Below, one piece after another: positions 6,414 through 15,269 of a stretch of 64,000 nt of DNA. The notes below the pieces were generated by a model. The model did not search any database. It saw only the letters and a program-made list of their open reading frames with translations, and was not told the DNA's origin. Both the position numbers and the translations under genes were made by a program. This stretch comes from an uncultured bacterium (lineage in GTDB: Bacteria; Oederibacteriota; JAAXVQ01; JAUVAV01), in assembly GCA_963710755.1 (NCBI GenBank), contig CAVQBK010000002.1:1-64000 (forward strand), written 5' to 3'. The stretch's first letter is position 1, and each line of letters opens with the position of its first letter.

Positions 6414-9236
6414 TCAATTTGAATATTTACAAATATCTTTAACATCACATTTTTTACAATTTTGTCCAATTCTGGCATCAAAACTGCCGGTTGCTATACC
6501 TTGGGATAATTGCCCGGCTTTTTTTATTGCCTTGGATTCTGTTGCCGGACTTATTTCAACATTATGCGGTTTTTTATTATGTAAATCATAAATAGTGGCA
6601 GCTATGGTATTTATCCCTTCCTGACGTCCGGCGGCAGCATAAAGCTGTAATTGGGTTGCATAGGATTCCATGGAATCAAGATCTTCTTTGTCCAGGCCGG
6701 TTTTGTAATCAACTAAAGTAACAGCATCATCACCGGCCGAACCATCTATAACCACATCAGCCTTACCGGTAATGGTGAAATCATTGATTGATAAATTGAA
6801 CCGTCGTTCCGACTCTTTTATTTTTAGGAAATTCTGCCCTTTTTCTTTTATGAAATGCGTCAGATTCCCATCTACGGCTCTCTTCATCTGTCTAAAAGCC
6901 GCCCGATTGGCAAAAGGTAAATAAAAATATTTATCCATCACTTCTTTTAAATGGCTAACCGTTGGTACTTGACCGGTTTCTTTGGCGTTCATAGCTAATA
7001 AATGCAGGATAAAATGAACGATTTTTCCATAACCTAATGCCAAGGCCATAGGCGGTTGGAATTCCATTTCATGTCTCAGTTGGTAACCATAGGGGCAGGT
7101 TTCATATGTCAACAGATCTGTAACTGTAAACTCTTTAATTTTCTCCGACTTCTTAGATGAAGATGTAATCGTGTCAGGCAATGGGATGCCACCATCTGAA
7201 TAATCGAGAGGTTTATTATTTTCCAGTAATTCTTCAAAAAAAGGCGACATACCGGTTTTATTTTTTTGCCGCCTAAAGCGTGATACATAGAGTGTCTCTT
7301 TTGCTCTGGTGATGGCCACATAAAACAATCGCTTTTCATCGTTTATCGTGCCTTCATAACGGCCGGCATCAAATAATTCCTTTGATATAAACCAAGTTTG
7401 TTTTTTACCGGTATTTTTCGAAGGAAATCGTTGTTTAACCATACCGGGTACAAACACCACCGGAAACTCCAGTCCCTTGGATTGATGAATCGTCATGATT
7501 TGTACTGCATCCTCTTCAGACTTATGATTCCCATTGGTTTCATCATATGAACCGGATGCGTACCACTGAATATAAGTAGTTAATCGCTGGTAAAAATACT
7601 GACTATGAACAAAGCGTAGAGTAGGTTCATTGACCTTGGCTTCTTCTTTTACGATGTCTTTTTCCCGCTTTTCTTCCATATTATCAGGCCGGGCTCGGCG
7701 GGTCATATGCTCAAAATCGGTTAGGATGCAACTAAACCTTGCGCATCGCTCCAATACAGCCAAATCATTATTATCTTTCGGATCAAGCTGTGGCGTTCCC
7801 ATGATTTTTAATAGCTGATAATATTCTCCAACAGCATCGATTTGACTACCTTCTGCAATAGCTTTTTGCTTACTTTCTAAATAGTGCATAACCTTTTCTT
7901 CTGATTTGAAGTTCGCGAATGGTGTGCGTTTAAACTGTTCTTTTAAAGTCTTTAGACTTATTTTTTCGCCATAACTGTACTGATCAGATGTCCATTGGCA
8001 ATCCGCTAAAAACGCATAGGTCATGGAAAAAAATACTATTTCTGCATGTTGAAAGAGTCCGCTTCTGCCTTTAGCAGAAAAAGGTATCCCAGATTCGCGG
8101 AATGCGTTCATAATTGGTTGTCCTGAGGTTTTAACAGAGCGGCATAAAACCGCCATATCACTATACTTATATCCTTGAGCATAAAGTTTTGCTATTGTTT
8201 CAGTTATAGCCTTTGCTTCATCAGAGGGTGTCTCAGCTTCCCATATACAGACATCTCCAAGTACTTCATCACGGCTGGGATTCATTTTTTTAGGAAGGCG
8301 ATTTTCAATACCTGCGGCAATATGATTGGATTTATTAATAATTCCCGGTCGACTGCGATGATTGTCCATCAGATCAACACTTTCAGCCTGATAATGCTCT
8401 TTAAATTCTACAATGCTGGAAACACTTGATCCGCGCCATTGATAAATAGCCTGATCATCATCCCCGACAACCGTTAAGTCTGCTGAACCTGATACCAATA
8501 GCTTTATTAACTCATCCTGAGCATTATTGATATCCTGATATTCATCTACCACTAAATATTTAAGTTGATCATGTATTTTGGAAAGCATATTTCCATCATT
8601 TTTCAATCGCTTTACTGCATATGCAATGATTTGGCCGTAGGTCATCACCCGATAATGATGCAAGGTCCCTTCAAAATCCGCTAGTGCCGATTGAAATACT
8701 GTATTCCCTTGTTTTTCAAGATCGGTCGTGCTTAGTAATTCATTATAATAAACATCAATATTTTTAGAAAAAGTGTGAATAAGTTCGAATGTTTTTTTTA
8801 TCTGAGGAAATTTCTCCTTAAGTTTCCAGCGCTTATGCTCCCTAAGCATGAGTGCCACTTGACGATGTTCATCAATGGTTTCATAATTAGCCAATTCTTT
8901 TGTATAATCTTGCATCAATCTTAAACAATAACTATGGATGGTCCCGGCATATAATGGTCCAAGTTTTAATACCTGCTCTTTTCCCATTTCTTCTTCAACA
9001 TGCCGGTAGATACGCGCTTTTAATTCAGATGCGGCTTTTTCTGTAAATGTAAAAGCCACGATGGATTTTGGATCAGCGCCTTCTTTTAACCAGCGGGTGA
9101 TTCTTCTGGATACAACTTCTGTTTTCCCTGAGCCGGCACAGGCAATGATCTGAAATCTGCTGTTATTATCATCAATAGCTTGTTGTTGTGCCGAGGTAAG
9201 ATTAATTTGGGGTTGGTTTTTATTGGATTTCATCAC
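6414..9236 (-). CDS. SF1 UvrD/PcrA-like helicase fused to a C-terminal PD-(D/E)XK (RecB/Cas4-like) nuclease with Cys cluster
   Basis: ACAGSGKT, FTEKAA, VDEYQD, GDDDQAIYQWRG, TIHQSKGLEF, YVAITRA; C-terminal CP...G.AD...DYKTG...QLQLY...CKKCDVKDIC. Confidence 0.9.
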   Translation of the reverse strand: MMKSNKNQPQINLTSAQQQAIDDNNSRFQIIACAGSGKTEVVSRRITRWLKEGADPKSIVAFTFTEKAASELKARIYRHVEEEMGKEQVLKLGPLYAGTIHSYCLRLMQDYTKELANYETIDEHRQVALMLREHKRWKLKEKFPQIKKTFELIHTFSKNIDVYYNELLSTTDLEKQGNTVFQSALADFEGTLHHYRVMTYGQIIAYAVKRLKNDGNMLSKIHDQLKYLVVDEYQDINNAQDELIKLLVSGSADLTVVGDDDQAIYQWRGSSVSSIVEFKEHYQAESVDLMDNHRSRPGIINKSNHIAAGIENRLPKKMNPSRDEVLGDVCIWEAETPSDEAKAITETIAKLYAQGYKYSDMAVLCRSVKTSGQPIMNAFRESGIPFSAKGRSGLFQHAEIVFFSMTYAFLADCQWTSDQYSYGEKISLKTLKEQFKRTPFANFKSEEKVMHYLESKQKAIAEGSQIDAVGEYYQLLKIMGTPQLDPKDNNDLAVLERCARFSCILTDFEHMTRRARPDNMEEKREKDIVKEEAKVNEPTLRFVHSQYFYQRLTTYIQWYASGSYDETNGNHKSEEDAVQIMTIHQSKGLEFPVVFVPGMVKQRFPSKNTGKKQTWFISKELFDAGRYEGTINDEKRLFYVAITRAKETLYVSRFRRQKNKTGMSPFFEELLENNKPLDYSDGGIPLPDTITSSSKKSEKIKEFTVTDLLTYETCPYGYQLRHEMEFQPPMALALGYGKIVHFILHLLAMNAKETGQVPTVSHLKEVMDKYFYLPFANRAAFRQMKRAVDGNLTHFIKEKGQNFLKIKESERRFNLSINDFTITGKADVVIDGSAGDDAVTLVDYKTGLDKEDLDSMESYATQLQLYAAAGRQEGINTIAATIYDLHNKKPHNVEISPATESKAIKKAGQLSQGIATGSFDARIGQNCKKCDVKDICKYSN

Positions 9237-9353
9237 ATTACTTCCTATATCAATATAAATTTCTTATGTAATTATCGTCCAATTTATTTTTCGGCTTTAC
9301 TGTTTAAAGGTAAAATATAGGAGAATGATTATACAAAACTGTGTACGGTGATT

Positions 9354-9368
9354 GGGGTCAGTGTCCCC
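9354..9368. repeat. Minimal head-to-head short inverted repeat GGGGTCA-G-TGTCCCC
   Basis: Near-perfect palindrome of the GGGG(A/T)C motif class. Confidence 0.55.
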
Positions 9369-9510
9369 TACTGCAAATTAACAGAAACCTTTACAACAAC
9401 TTTGCAATTTCTGACAAAGGAATATTAAGAGCCTTTACTAACTTCATCATTAAATAGGCTGTGATTCTCCTTTTATGTCCGTTGATTAAAAGGTTAACTG
9501 TGTGGAAAGG

Positions 9511-9557
9511 GTCGAGTGGCCCGGGGGAATTTCACCCCCAGGCTCTCACAGATCCGT
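9511..9557 (-). mobile_element. Group II intron 3'-end remnant (3' strand of domain V plus domain VI)
   Basis: Minus strand reads ACGGATCTGTGAGAGCCTGGGGGTGAAATTCCCCCGGGCCACTCGAC: DVI hairpin, bulged A and terminal AC. Confidence 0.75.
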
Positions 9558-9568
9558 TAATTAACGGG

Positions 9569-9584
9569 AAAGGGGACGGTCTTG
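9569..9584 (+). repeat. RAYT 3'-side inverted repeat AAAGGGGACGGTCTTG
   Basis: Identical to 1033-1048. Confidence 0.85.
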
Positions 9585-9589
9585 TTTTA

Positions 9590-10066
9590 TTACCTTACTT
9601 CTAATCTTAATCGCCCCATTATAATCTTCCCCCGTTCTTTGGCCCGGCTTGCCGAGGGTTCGGACATGCACGTCATTTTCGCCATGGCCTTATTTTTCTT
9701 TCCAAAATGCATTACGCCGGCATAGATCAGCATGGCCTTTCCGTCTGACACGGCCTTGCTTCTTCCCTTTTGAAATAAACGTTCTTTCTCTATGCCCTGT
9801 ACTTTCGCAACCTTATTGACAAATCCTTGCCAGCCTTTTTTTCGCATTTCCTTAGTCTGTTGTTCAAGCTTCTCTTCTTCCCTAAGGACCTCTTCCACAA
9901 AATCACTGTCACCCAAGATACGGCTGTCATAAATTTGTGGAGCCGTCTTTTCCGGCCACTGGCCTTTATGGCTTCGCTTCAAACCGCCACCTGTCAGGTC
10001 AGGTCTTTTTCCCGCTTTTATCCCTTCCCTAATATACGCGGCATAGCGCGCTCTTGCTATCTTCTT
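9590..10066 (-). pseudogene. RAYT 3' half (no HuH domain), nearly identical to copy 1
   Basis: Matches 1088-1566 almost base for base and is truncated at the next repeat. Confidence 0.88.
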
Positions 10067-10070
10067 GTAG

Positions 10071-11129
10071 AAAGAGGACGGTCTTGCATTATTACCTTAC
10101 TTCTAATCTTAAACGACTCATTATAATCTTCCCCCGTTCTTTGGCCCGGCTTGCCGATGGTTCGGACATGCACGTCATTTTCGCCATAGATTTATTCGTC
10201 TTTCCAAAATGCATTACGCCGGCATAGATCAGCATGGCCTTTCCGTCCGTGGCACCCTTGCTTCTTCCCTTTTGAAATAAACGTTCTTTCTCTATCCCCT
10301 GGACTTTCGCGACCTTACCCACAAATTCTTGCCAACCTTTTTTTCGCATTTCCATTGTCTTCAGTTCAAGCTTCTCTTCTTCCCTAAGGACCTCTTCCAC
10401 AAAATCACTGTCACCCAAGATACGGCTGTCATAAATTTGTGGAGCCGTCTTTTCCGGCCACTGGCCTTTATGGCTTCGTTTCAAACCACCGCCTGTTAGG
10501 TCAGGTCTTTTGCCCGCTTTTATCCCTTCCCTAATATACGCGGCATAGCGCGCTCTTGCTATCTTCTTCGGCTTGCCGAACAATGCCAAAACATCCTTCT
10601 GTTCCTGCCATGAATAATCAGCCGCCCCCATCAGTACGGAATGGCCGGAAAAGGGGTATTTTTTCAACCCCTTCATATCAGCCACTATTCCCGCCCTTAC
10701 GGGATTCAGATGGATATAGCGGACCAGCTCCAATAAATAGGTTTCCTCCTCACAGACAATGGACTTATACCGGTTTTGAAAGAGATACCCACTCCGCTTA
10801 TGACGGTGATTGAAACCCACGGCATATCCGGTCATAAAGCGGCGCATAAAACCGGACAGGCCGCCGCTCCCTGATCGTACCAGTAGATGCAGATGATTGG
10901 GCATGAGCGCCCAAGCGAAAATTTGATTGGGGGATTTGGAAAGAGCGGAAGGCAGCCTTTCGAGAAAGTCGCGATAATCGCTGCTATTACGGAAAATAGT
11001 CCTGCGCTCAATGCCGCGCGCAATAACGTGATGAAGCAGACCCGGAGAATCAATTCGAGCTTGTCCAGGCATGCTGAAATCTTATCCCTGTATTGTCAAG
11101 AATTAGTTGATTGGATGACTCCGTCCCCT
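10071..11129 (-). mobile_element. RAYT unit 2 bounded by AAAGAGGACGGTCTTGC (10071-10087) and TGACTCCGTCCCCT (11116-11129)
   Basis: Direct reading; the two ends share the GGACGG/CCGTCC core but differ outside it. Confidence 0.78.
10092..11072 (-). CDS. REP-associated tyrosine transposase (RAYT); copy 2
   Basis: MPNHLHLL HuH motif, GYLFQNRYKS, YIHLNP; C-terminal two-thirds nearly identical to copy 1. Confidence 0.92.
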   Translation of the reverse strand: MPGQARIDSPGLLHHVIARGIERRTIFRNSSDYRDFLERLPSALSKSPNQIFAWALMPNHLHLLVRSGSGGLSGFMRRFMTGYAVGFNHRHKRSGYLFQNRYKSIVCEEETYLLELVRYIHLNPVRAGIVADMKGLKKYPFSGHSVLMGAADYSWQEQKDVLALFGKPKKIARARYAAYIREGIKAGKRPDLTGGGLKRSHKGQWPEKTAPQIYDSRILGDSDFVEEVLREEEKLELKTMEMRKKGWQEFVGKVAKVQGIEKERLFQKGRSKGATDGKAMLIYAGVMHFGKTNKSMAKMTCMSEPSASRAKERGKIIMSRLRLEVR

Positions 11130-12482
11130 TTATCTCATCTTATATTTGGACCAAAAGCTTTTTTTAAGCCGATGTTGCTGATAAATCCGGTCTTTGTATG
11201 TTTTATGGTCCTCTAAGTTTTTCCAATTGGCAAGTGACACGGCCAATTTATCCATTTTTTTTAAATAGCGAATGCCATGCACATAAGCTTTGGTATATCC
11301 GCGTTTGAGAATAGAATCCAACAAACTTCGATAAATAATAGTAGCTACAAGATTGCGACCTTCGGTCTCCATATTTTTTGCCAGGGAAAGCAGATGGTCA
11401 TACAAATCTCCATCAAGTTGACCGGCTCTTTCCAGCAGATATTTCTCCGCCTCATCAATTTTTCCATTGACTATTAAAAAGCGGGCATCAGCCAGGCTTA
11501 AACGCTCATTTTGCAAAATAGAGCTTAATTCCTGGTTTATAACATCTTCTTTTTTATCAATGCCAATAACGTCCAATAGTTTTTCAAGTCTCTCAGTGGA
11601 ATGATGAGACCGGAATCCACGGTAAAGAACTTCGGTTAACTTCTCAACATCGCCAAGCTGACTGTAAATATCGATCAGCAATTGATCACGTTCATAAGCT
11701 TGAAAAGTTTCTCCTTCAGAGATATTATTCACCCACAAAAGCGCCGTCTGAACATCCCCGCTCTCTAAATAAACCCGAGAGATATCAATACAGGCAGCTG
11801 TTGAAAGTTTCGGCCAGGAAGCCAGGCATGTTTTTTCAAAAAGTTTGGCATCCTTTATCTGTCTGGCTAATGATTCAATCAGCAGCAACCAGTGTCTTTT
11901 TTTATATTCATCCGGTGCTTTATCCGCCAATCCCTGAAATGTTTTAATCATGGAACGTATACTATTTTCCGGGAGATACTCCTTGGCGCAATGAATCACA
12001 CTATCTCTCACACCATAATCATCCTTTTCATTCAACTTGAGCACAATATCTTTGATCTTTTCTTTGTCCTCGCATTGTGAAGCATATAATGCAAATAATT
12101 CCTTTGCCTCATACCGGTATATATTCCCGACATAGCCATTGGAATCATCACAATTACTCAAAGCACCATTATCTGTTTTGTAAAACGACGCTACCAGCTC
12201 AACCCCTGTAAGCGGATCACTTACTCCGGCTTTTAAATCCTGAAGCAATCCTGCCAGTTCATCCGCAAAATGAGCAGATTCGCGTATGCTAATAAAACGA
12301 CGTGACCGCTTTATTTCAGATAGCTTTTTCTCAAACCGCTCCGTATTCTCTTTTGGAGAAGCCGTCAGGCGTTCGATCACATCACATGCCTTATCCGAGC
12401 GCTCTGCCAGTTCCATCAAGGTGTCCGCGAGTTTTTCTTTATCTAATTTCAATAATTTAGCCTTTTGATCAAGCTTCATCAT
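11130..12482 (-). CDS. Alpha-helical hypothetical protein (DUF6880-like)
   Basis: CDDSNGYVG, DDYGVRD, YRSLLDSIL..G..KAY.HG, H..K.SFW motifs recalled from this family. Confidence 0.65.
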   Translation of the reverse strand: MMKLDQKAKLLKLDKEKLADTLMELAERSDKACDVIERLTASPKENTERFEKKLSEIKRSRRFISIRESAHFADELAGLLQDLKAGVSDPLTGVELVASFYKTDNGALSNCDDSNGYVGNIYRYEAKELFALYASQCEDKEKIKDIVLKLNEKDDYGVRDSVIHCAKEYLPENSIRSMIKTFQGLADKAPDEYKKRHWLLLIESLARQIKDAKLFEKTCLASWPKLSTAACIDISRVYLESGDVQTALLWVNNISEGETFQAYERDQLLIDIYSQLGDVEKLTEVLYRGFRSHHSTERLEKLLDVIGIDKKEDVINQELSSILQNERLSLADARFLIVNGKIDEAEKYLLERAGQLDGDLYDHLLSLAKNMETEGRNLVATIIYRSLLDSILKRGYTKAYVHGIRYLKKMDKLAVSLANWKNLEDHKTYKDRIYQQHRLKKSFWSKYKMR

Positions 12483-12596
12483 AAAATCCTTTATATTATT
12501 CCAACTCCGAGTTTATAAGCGACGTAGTTTTATAATTAGATATTGTTTTTCTTCAGCCAATTTACGACCCCGGCTGATTGCTGCACTGATTGAAAC

Positions 12597-12682
12597 CGGA
12601 TTATTCTGCGAATTTATTTGTTCTTAAAAACAACCAGTTTTGACGACTCCAAGTTTGCTTTGTTTTTCTGCTCTTTTTTCAT
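12597..12682 (-). pseudogene. Short N-terminal remnant resembling Bro-N/antirepressor-type proteins
   Basis: MKKEQKNKANLESSKLVVFKNK*IRRII, with an internal stop. Confidence 0.3.
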
Positions 12683-12712
12683 TTCTGTTCCTTTCTAAAT
12701 TAATTTTGATTT

Positions 12713-13264
12713 TCATTTTTTTGTCGGCTCATAGTAAAGAGTTACTGCACCACCTTTAAAGGTTTTAGTCTTTGTGAGCTTTAAAATAGTCCTATCGTTT
12801 ATGTTTTCAAATAATGGCAGACCGCTTCCTATGATGACGGGGTGAACACAAATCTGGTATTCATCAATCAAGTTAAGTTTCATCAGTTGTATAATTAAAC
12901 TGCGGCTGCCGATTAAAATGCATTTTCCCGATTGCTGCTTGAGTTCTAAAACGGTTTCTTTTAAATCACGATTTGCCATGGTGGCGCTTTTCCAATCTAC
13001 ATTTGTAAGCGTATGCGAGAAAACAATTTTTGGAATTTTATCAATTGCCATAGCAAAGTCGTTCATTGCCTTATCTTCCGAAGGATTTTCTAAAATCGTC
13101 CGCCAAAATTCCATAAGTTGATATGTTATTCTGCCGTATAAAATAGCGTCTCCCTGACCCAATAATTCGGCATAATGTTGATGTAATTCTTCATCAGGCA
13201 ACCCTGCTGTATGGTCGCAATATCCGTCAAGTGTCATATTGATTGCTGCAACTATCTTTTTCAT
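12713..13264 (-). CDS. Dihydrofolate reductase family / RibD C-terminal domain protein
   Basis: MTLDGY, LYGRITYQ, KIVFSHTL, LIDEYQICVHPVIIGSGLPLF. Confidence 0.88.
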   Translation of the reverse strand: MKKIVAAINMTLDGYCDHTAGLPDEELHQHYAELLGQGDAILYGRITYQLMEFWRTILENPSEDKAMNDFAMAIDKIPKIVFSHTLTNVDWKSATMANRDLKETVLELKQQSGKCILIGSRSLIIQLMKLNLIDEYQICVHPVIIGSGLPLFENINDRTILKLTKTKTFKGGAVTLYYEPTKK

Positions 13265-13430
13265 ATTGATGCTCCATATTAATAATTTATAAACCTATTC
13301 CCCTTTGAAAAACCTGTGATTCCTTATTCTTTGCCAGAATTATCAACCATTGACTAATTTGCAGCTTCATGGTGCCACTAATTCCCTCGGGCCAAATTAT
13401 ACCGGTCATGTCAATATCTTAATATCTAAC

Positions 13431-13440
13431 AACGTCCCCT
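13431..13440 (+). repeat. Orphan short-repeat half-site AACGTCCCCT
   Basis: CGTCCCCT core preceded about 20 nt earlier by TGTCAA, as at 2098-2129 and 11094-11129. Confidence 0.55.
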
Positions 13441-13544
13441 ATTTTCCTTAAATCTTGGCTGAGGAAAAAAGTCCAAACAAAGCGGCCCTTTCCTCTGGCA
13501 TGGATATTACCCTGGACTTATCTTGGTCTAAAAGGAGGTGGATC

Positions 13545-14333
13545 ATGCCCAAAATTTCCTTAGCAATGGCTGTTTTACTGACCGGTCTTTTTCTACCTGC
13601 CTTTTCTCCGGCGCTTTTTCAAAATTTTTATGAAGAGCCTTTTTTAGTGCTGCTCAGCCCCCGCACGAACACGGTCTTTCCTCTGCAAATCAACGTCCAG
13701 CATCATTTTGATGAAAAACGCATTGCCTCCTTGACGCTGAGGCTGGGTTATGCCGTGCGTGATGACCTGAATTTGTATCTTGGCAGCCTTTACCACAACA
13801 TCGAGATTTCCGGCAACCGGGCCGGCATTAAAGAGAGCGCCTTGGATTATTTCAAAGAATACGAAGCCCTGGCCTTGTACAGCCCCCTCCGGCAGGAAAA
13901 AAACCACGTGGCGGACGTCGGACTGGCCGTGGGGCTGAGCAAATATTGGTCGCGATACAAATTTCTGAACGTTCGCATCGAGAGCGACCGTATTCATTAC
14001 CTGATCCAGCTGCTGGCAGCCAGAAGTCTGGCTGATACCATATTCATCACCCTGGCGCCCACGGCCATCATCATGGACAATGACGCCAAAACCGCCGCGG
14101 CGGTGATGACCGGGATCAAGATACATTGGCATCAGATCGTGGCGGTGTTCGCCGAATACCCGTTGCTGCTGGATAACCCCCTGCAATGGCAACAACCCTG
14201 GTCGGTTGGATTACAATTCAACCTGGGTCCTGGCATCCTCTCTGTCTTCGCCACCAATCTCTACGGCTACACCCTCTCCAATTGGCTCCAGGGTCGGGAC
14301 CGGACTTATTATGGGTTCAGAATTTCTTTTTAA
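13545..14333 (+). CDS. Putative outer-membrane beta-barrel protein (DUF5777-like)
   Basis: AAGGAGGT RBS, signal peptide, amphipathic beta strands, C-terminal YYGFRISF. Confidence 0.65.
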   Translation: MPKISLAMAVLLTGLFLPAFSPALFQNFYEEPFLVLLSPRTNTVFPLQINVQHHFDEKRIASLTLRLGYAVRDDLNLYLGSLYHNIEISGNRAGIKESALDYFKEYEALALYSPLRQEKNHVADVGLAVGLSKYWSRYKFLNVRIESDRIHYLIQLLAARSLADTIFITLAPTAIIMDNDAKTAAAVMTGIKIHWHQIVAVFAEYPLLLDNPLQWQQPWSVGLQFNLGPGILSVFATNLYGYTLSNWLQGRDRTYYGFRISF

Positions 14334-14417
14334 AAATTGCCCCTATAATTTCACGCTATCCTATAATGCCTTTCTTCCCGCCTCTTTTTATCGGATATTT
14401 TTGGCTTACTTATTACC

Positions 14418-14749
14418 TTATGCTAACTTCTCCCCCTTATATTCCACCGCCAGATAAGAGGCCAAAGCTCTTGCCCTTTTTATTTTCCGGCACGACTTCC
14501 CCGGATGGCTCAGGTGCTCTGGACTCACTCCAAAAACTGCGGCGGCTGCTTTTATCAACGCGGACAGCTCCAGCCTTTTCCAATCCTGCCGTTTATCATC
14601 TTCACTTTTTTCATCAACGCCTAATTTTCCCAGCACGGTTTGGACGAACAACCCATCCCCCAAGACTCTTGAATCATACCCTCGCGACTGTCTTTTTTCC
14701 TGGACATAACGACCTGCAATCCGCCCGCACTTTGAATTAATCTTCCACC
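14418..14749 (-). pseudogene. Degenerate, divergent RAYT C-terminal fragment abutting the tmRNA terminator
   Basis: GGRLIQSAGG.../YDSRVLGDGLFVQTVL (frameshifted) aligns to GGGLKRS...YDSRILGDSDFVEEVL of copies 1 and 2. Confidence 0.7.
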
Positions 14750-14753
14750 TGAC

Positions 14754-14803
14754 AAAAAGAAAACCCGTCGTCCCCGTGAATGATCCGGGAGAGACGGGTT
14801 TTC
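14754..14803 (-). terminator. Intrinsic terminator of ssrA
   Basis: GAAAACCCGTC...GACGGGTTTTC stem followed by a U-tract on the minus strand. Confidence 0.8.
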
Positions 14804-14813
14804 AACTGAATCT

Positions 14814-15168
14814 TGGTGGAGGCGGCGGGAATCGAACCCGCGTCCGAAAGACACTCTACTGGCTCTTCTACATGCTTAGTCTGTCATTTGGATTCTCGCG
14901 CCCTTGGTCTCCAACAGACAGGATACCGCGGGCACCAGTTCAAGTGAATCTCGCCATCCGGCCCTTGAACACAACCGGACAGCCAACCTGCTGAGGTGAC
15001 GCCCTTTAACTGTTCACAGGTAAAACAATCAAGGACGAGCAGCTTACGCTGCTAGAGCGAATTCTTGTTCGCCAGTTATTGTTAAGTTCCATCATGTTTA
15101 ACGAGGTGAGATGAAGTCCTCGGCATGCCGAACCAGCCAACCATCCTCCGTCGAAACCGAGCGCCCCC
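14814..15168 (-). ncRNA. ssrA: tmRNA; tag peptide (A)GEQEFALAA* at 15044-15073
   Basis: 5' GGGGGCGC...TTCGAC; 3' GGACGCGGGTTCGATTCCCGCCGCCTCCACCA; resume context AATAACT-GGC; tag ending ALAA. Confidence 0.96.
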
Positions 15169-15269
15169 AAAATTTTCACGTTATGAAAATTTTATAGCAT
15201 TTGCTCATCATTGCATAGAAAAATTATACCAAGGCGGTCAACTATCGATTTTCTGTTTTCTTGCTTTGT

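Noticed and set aside
13395-13414. TTGACA and TATAAT on the minus strand near the orphan half-site
   Set aside because: The spacing is only 7 nt, so they do not form one canonical promoter
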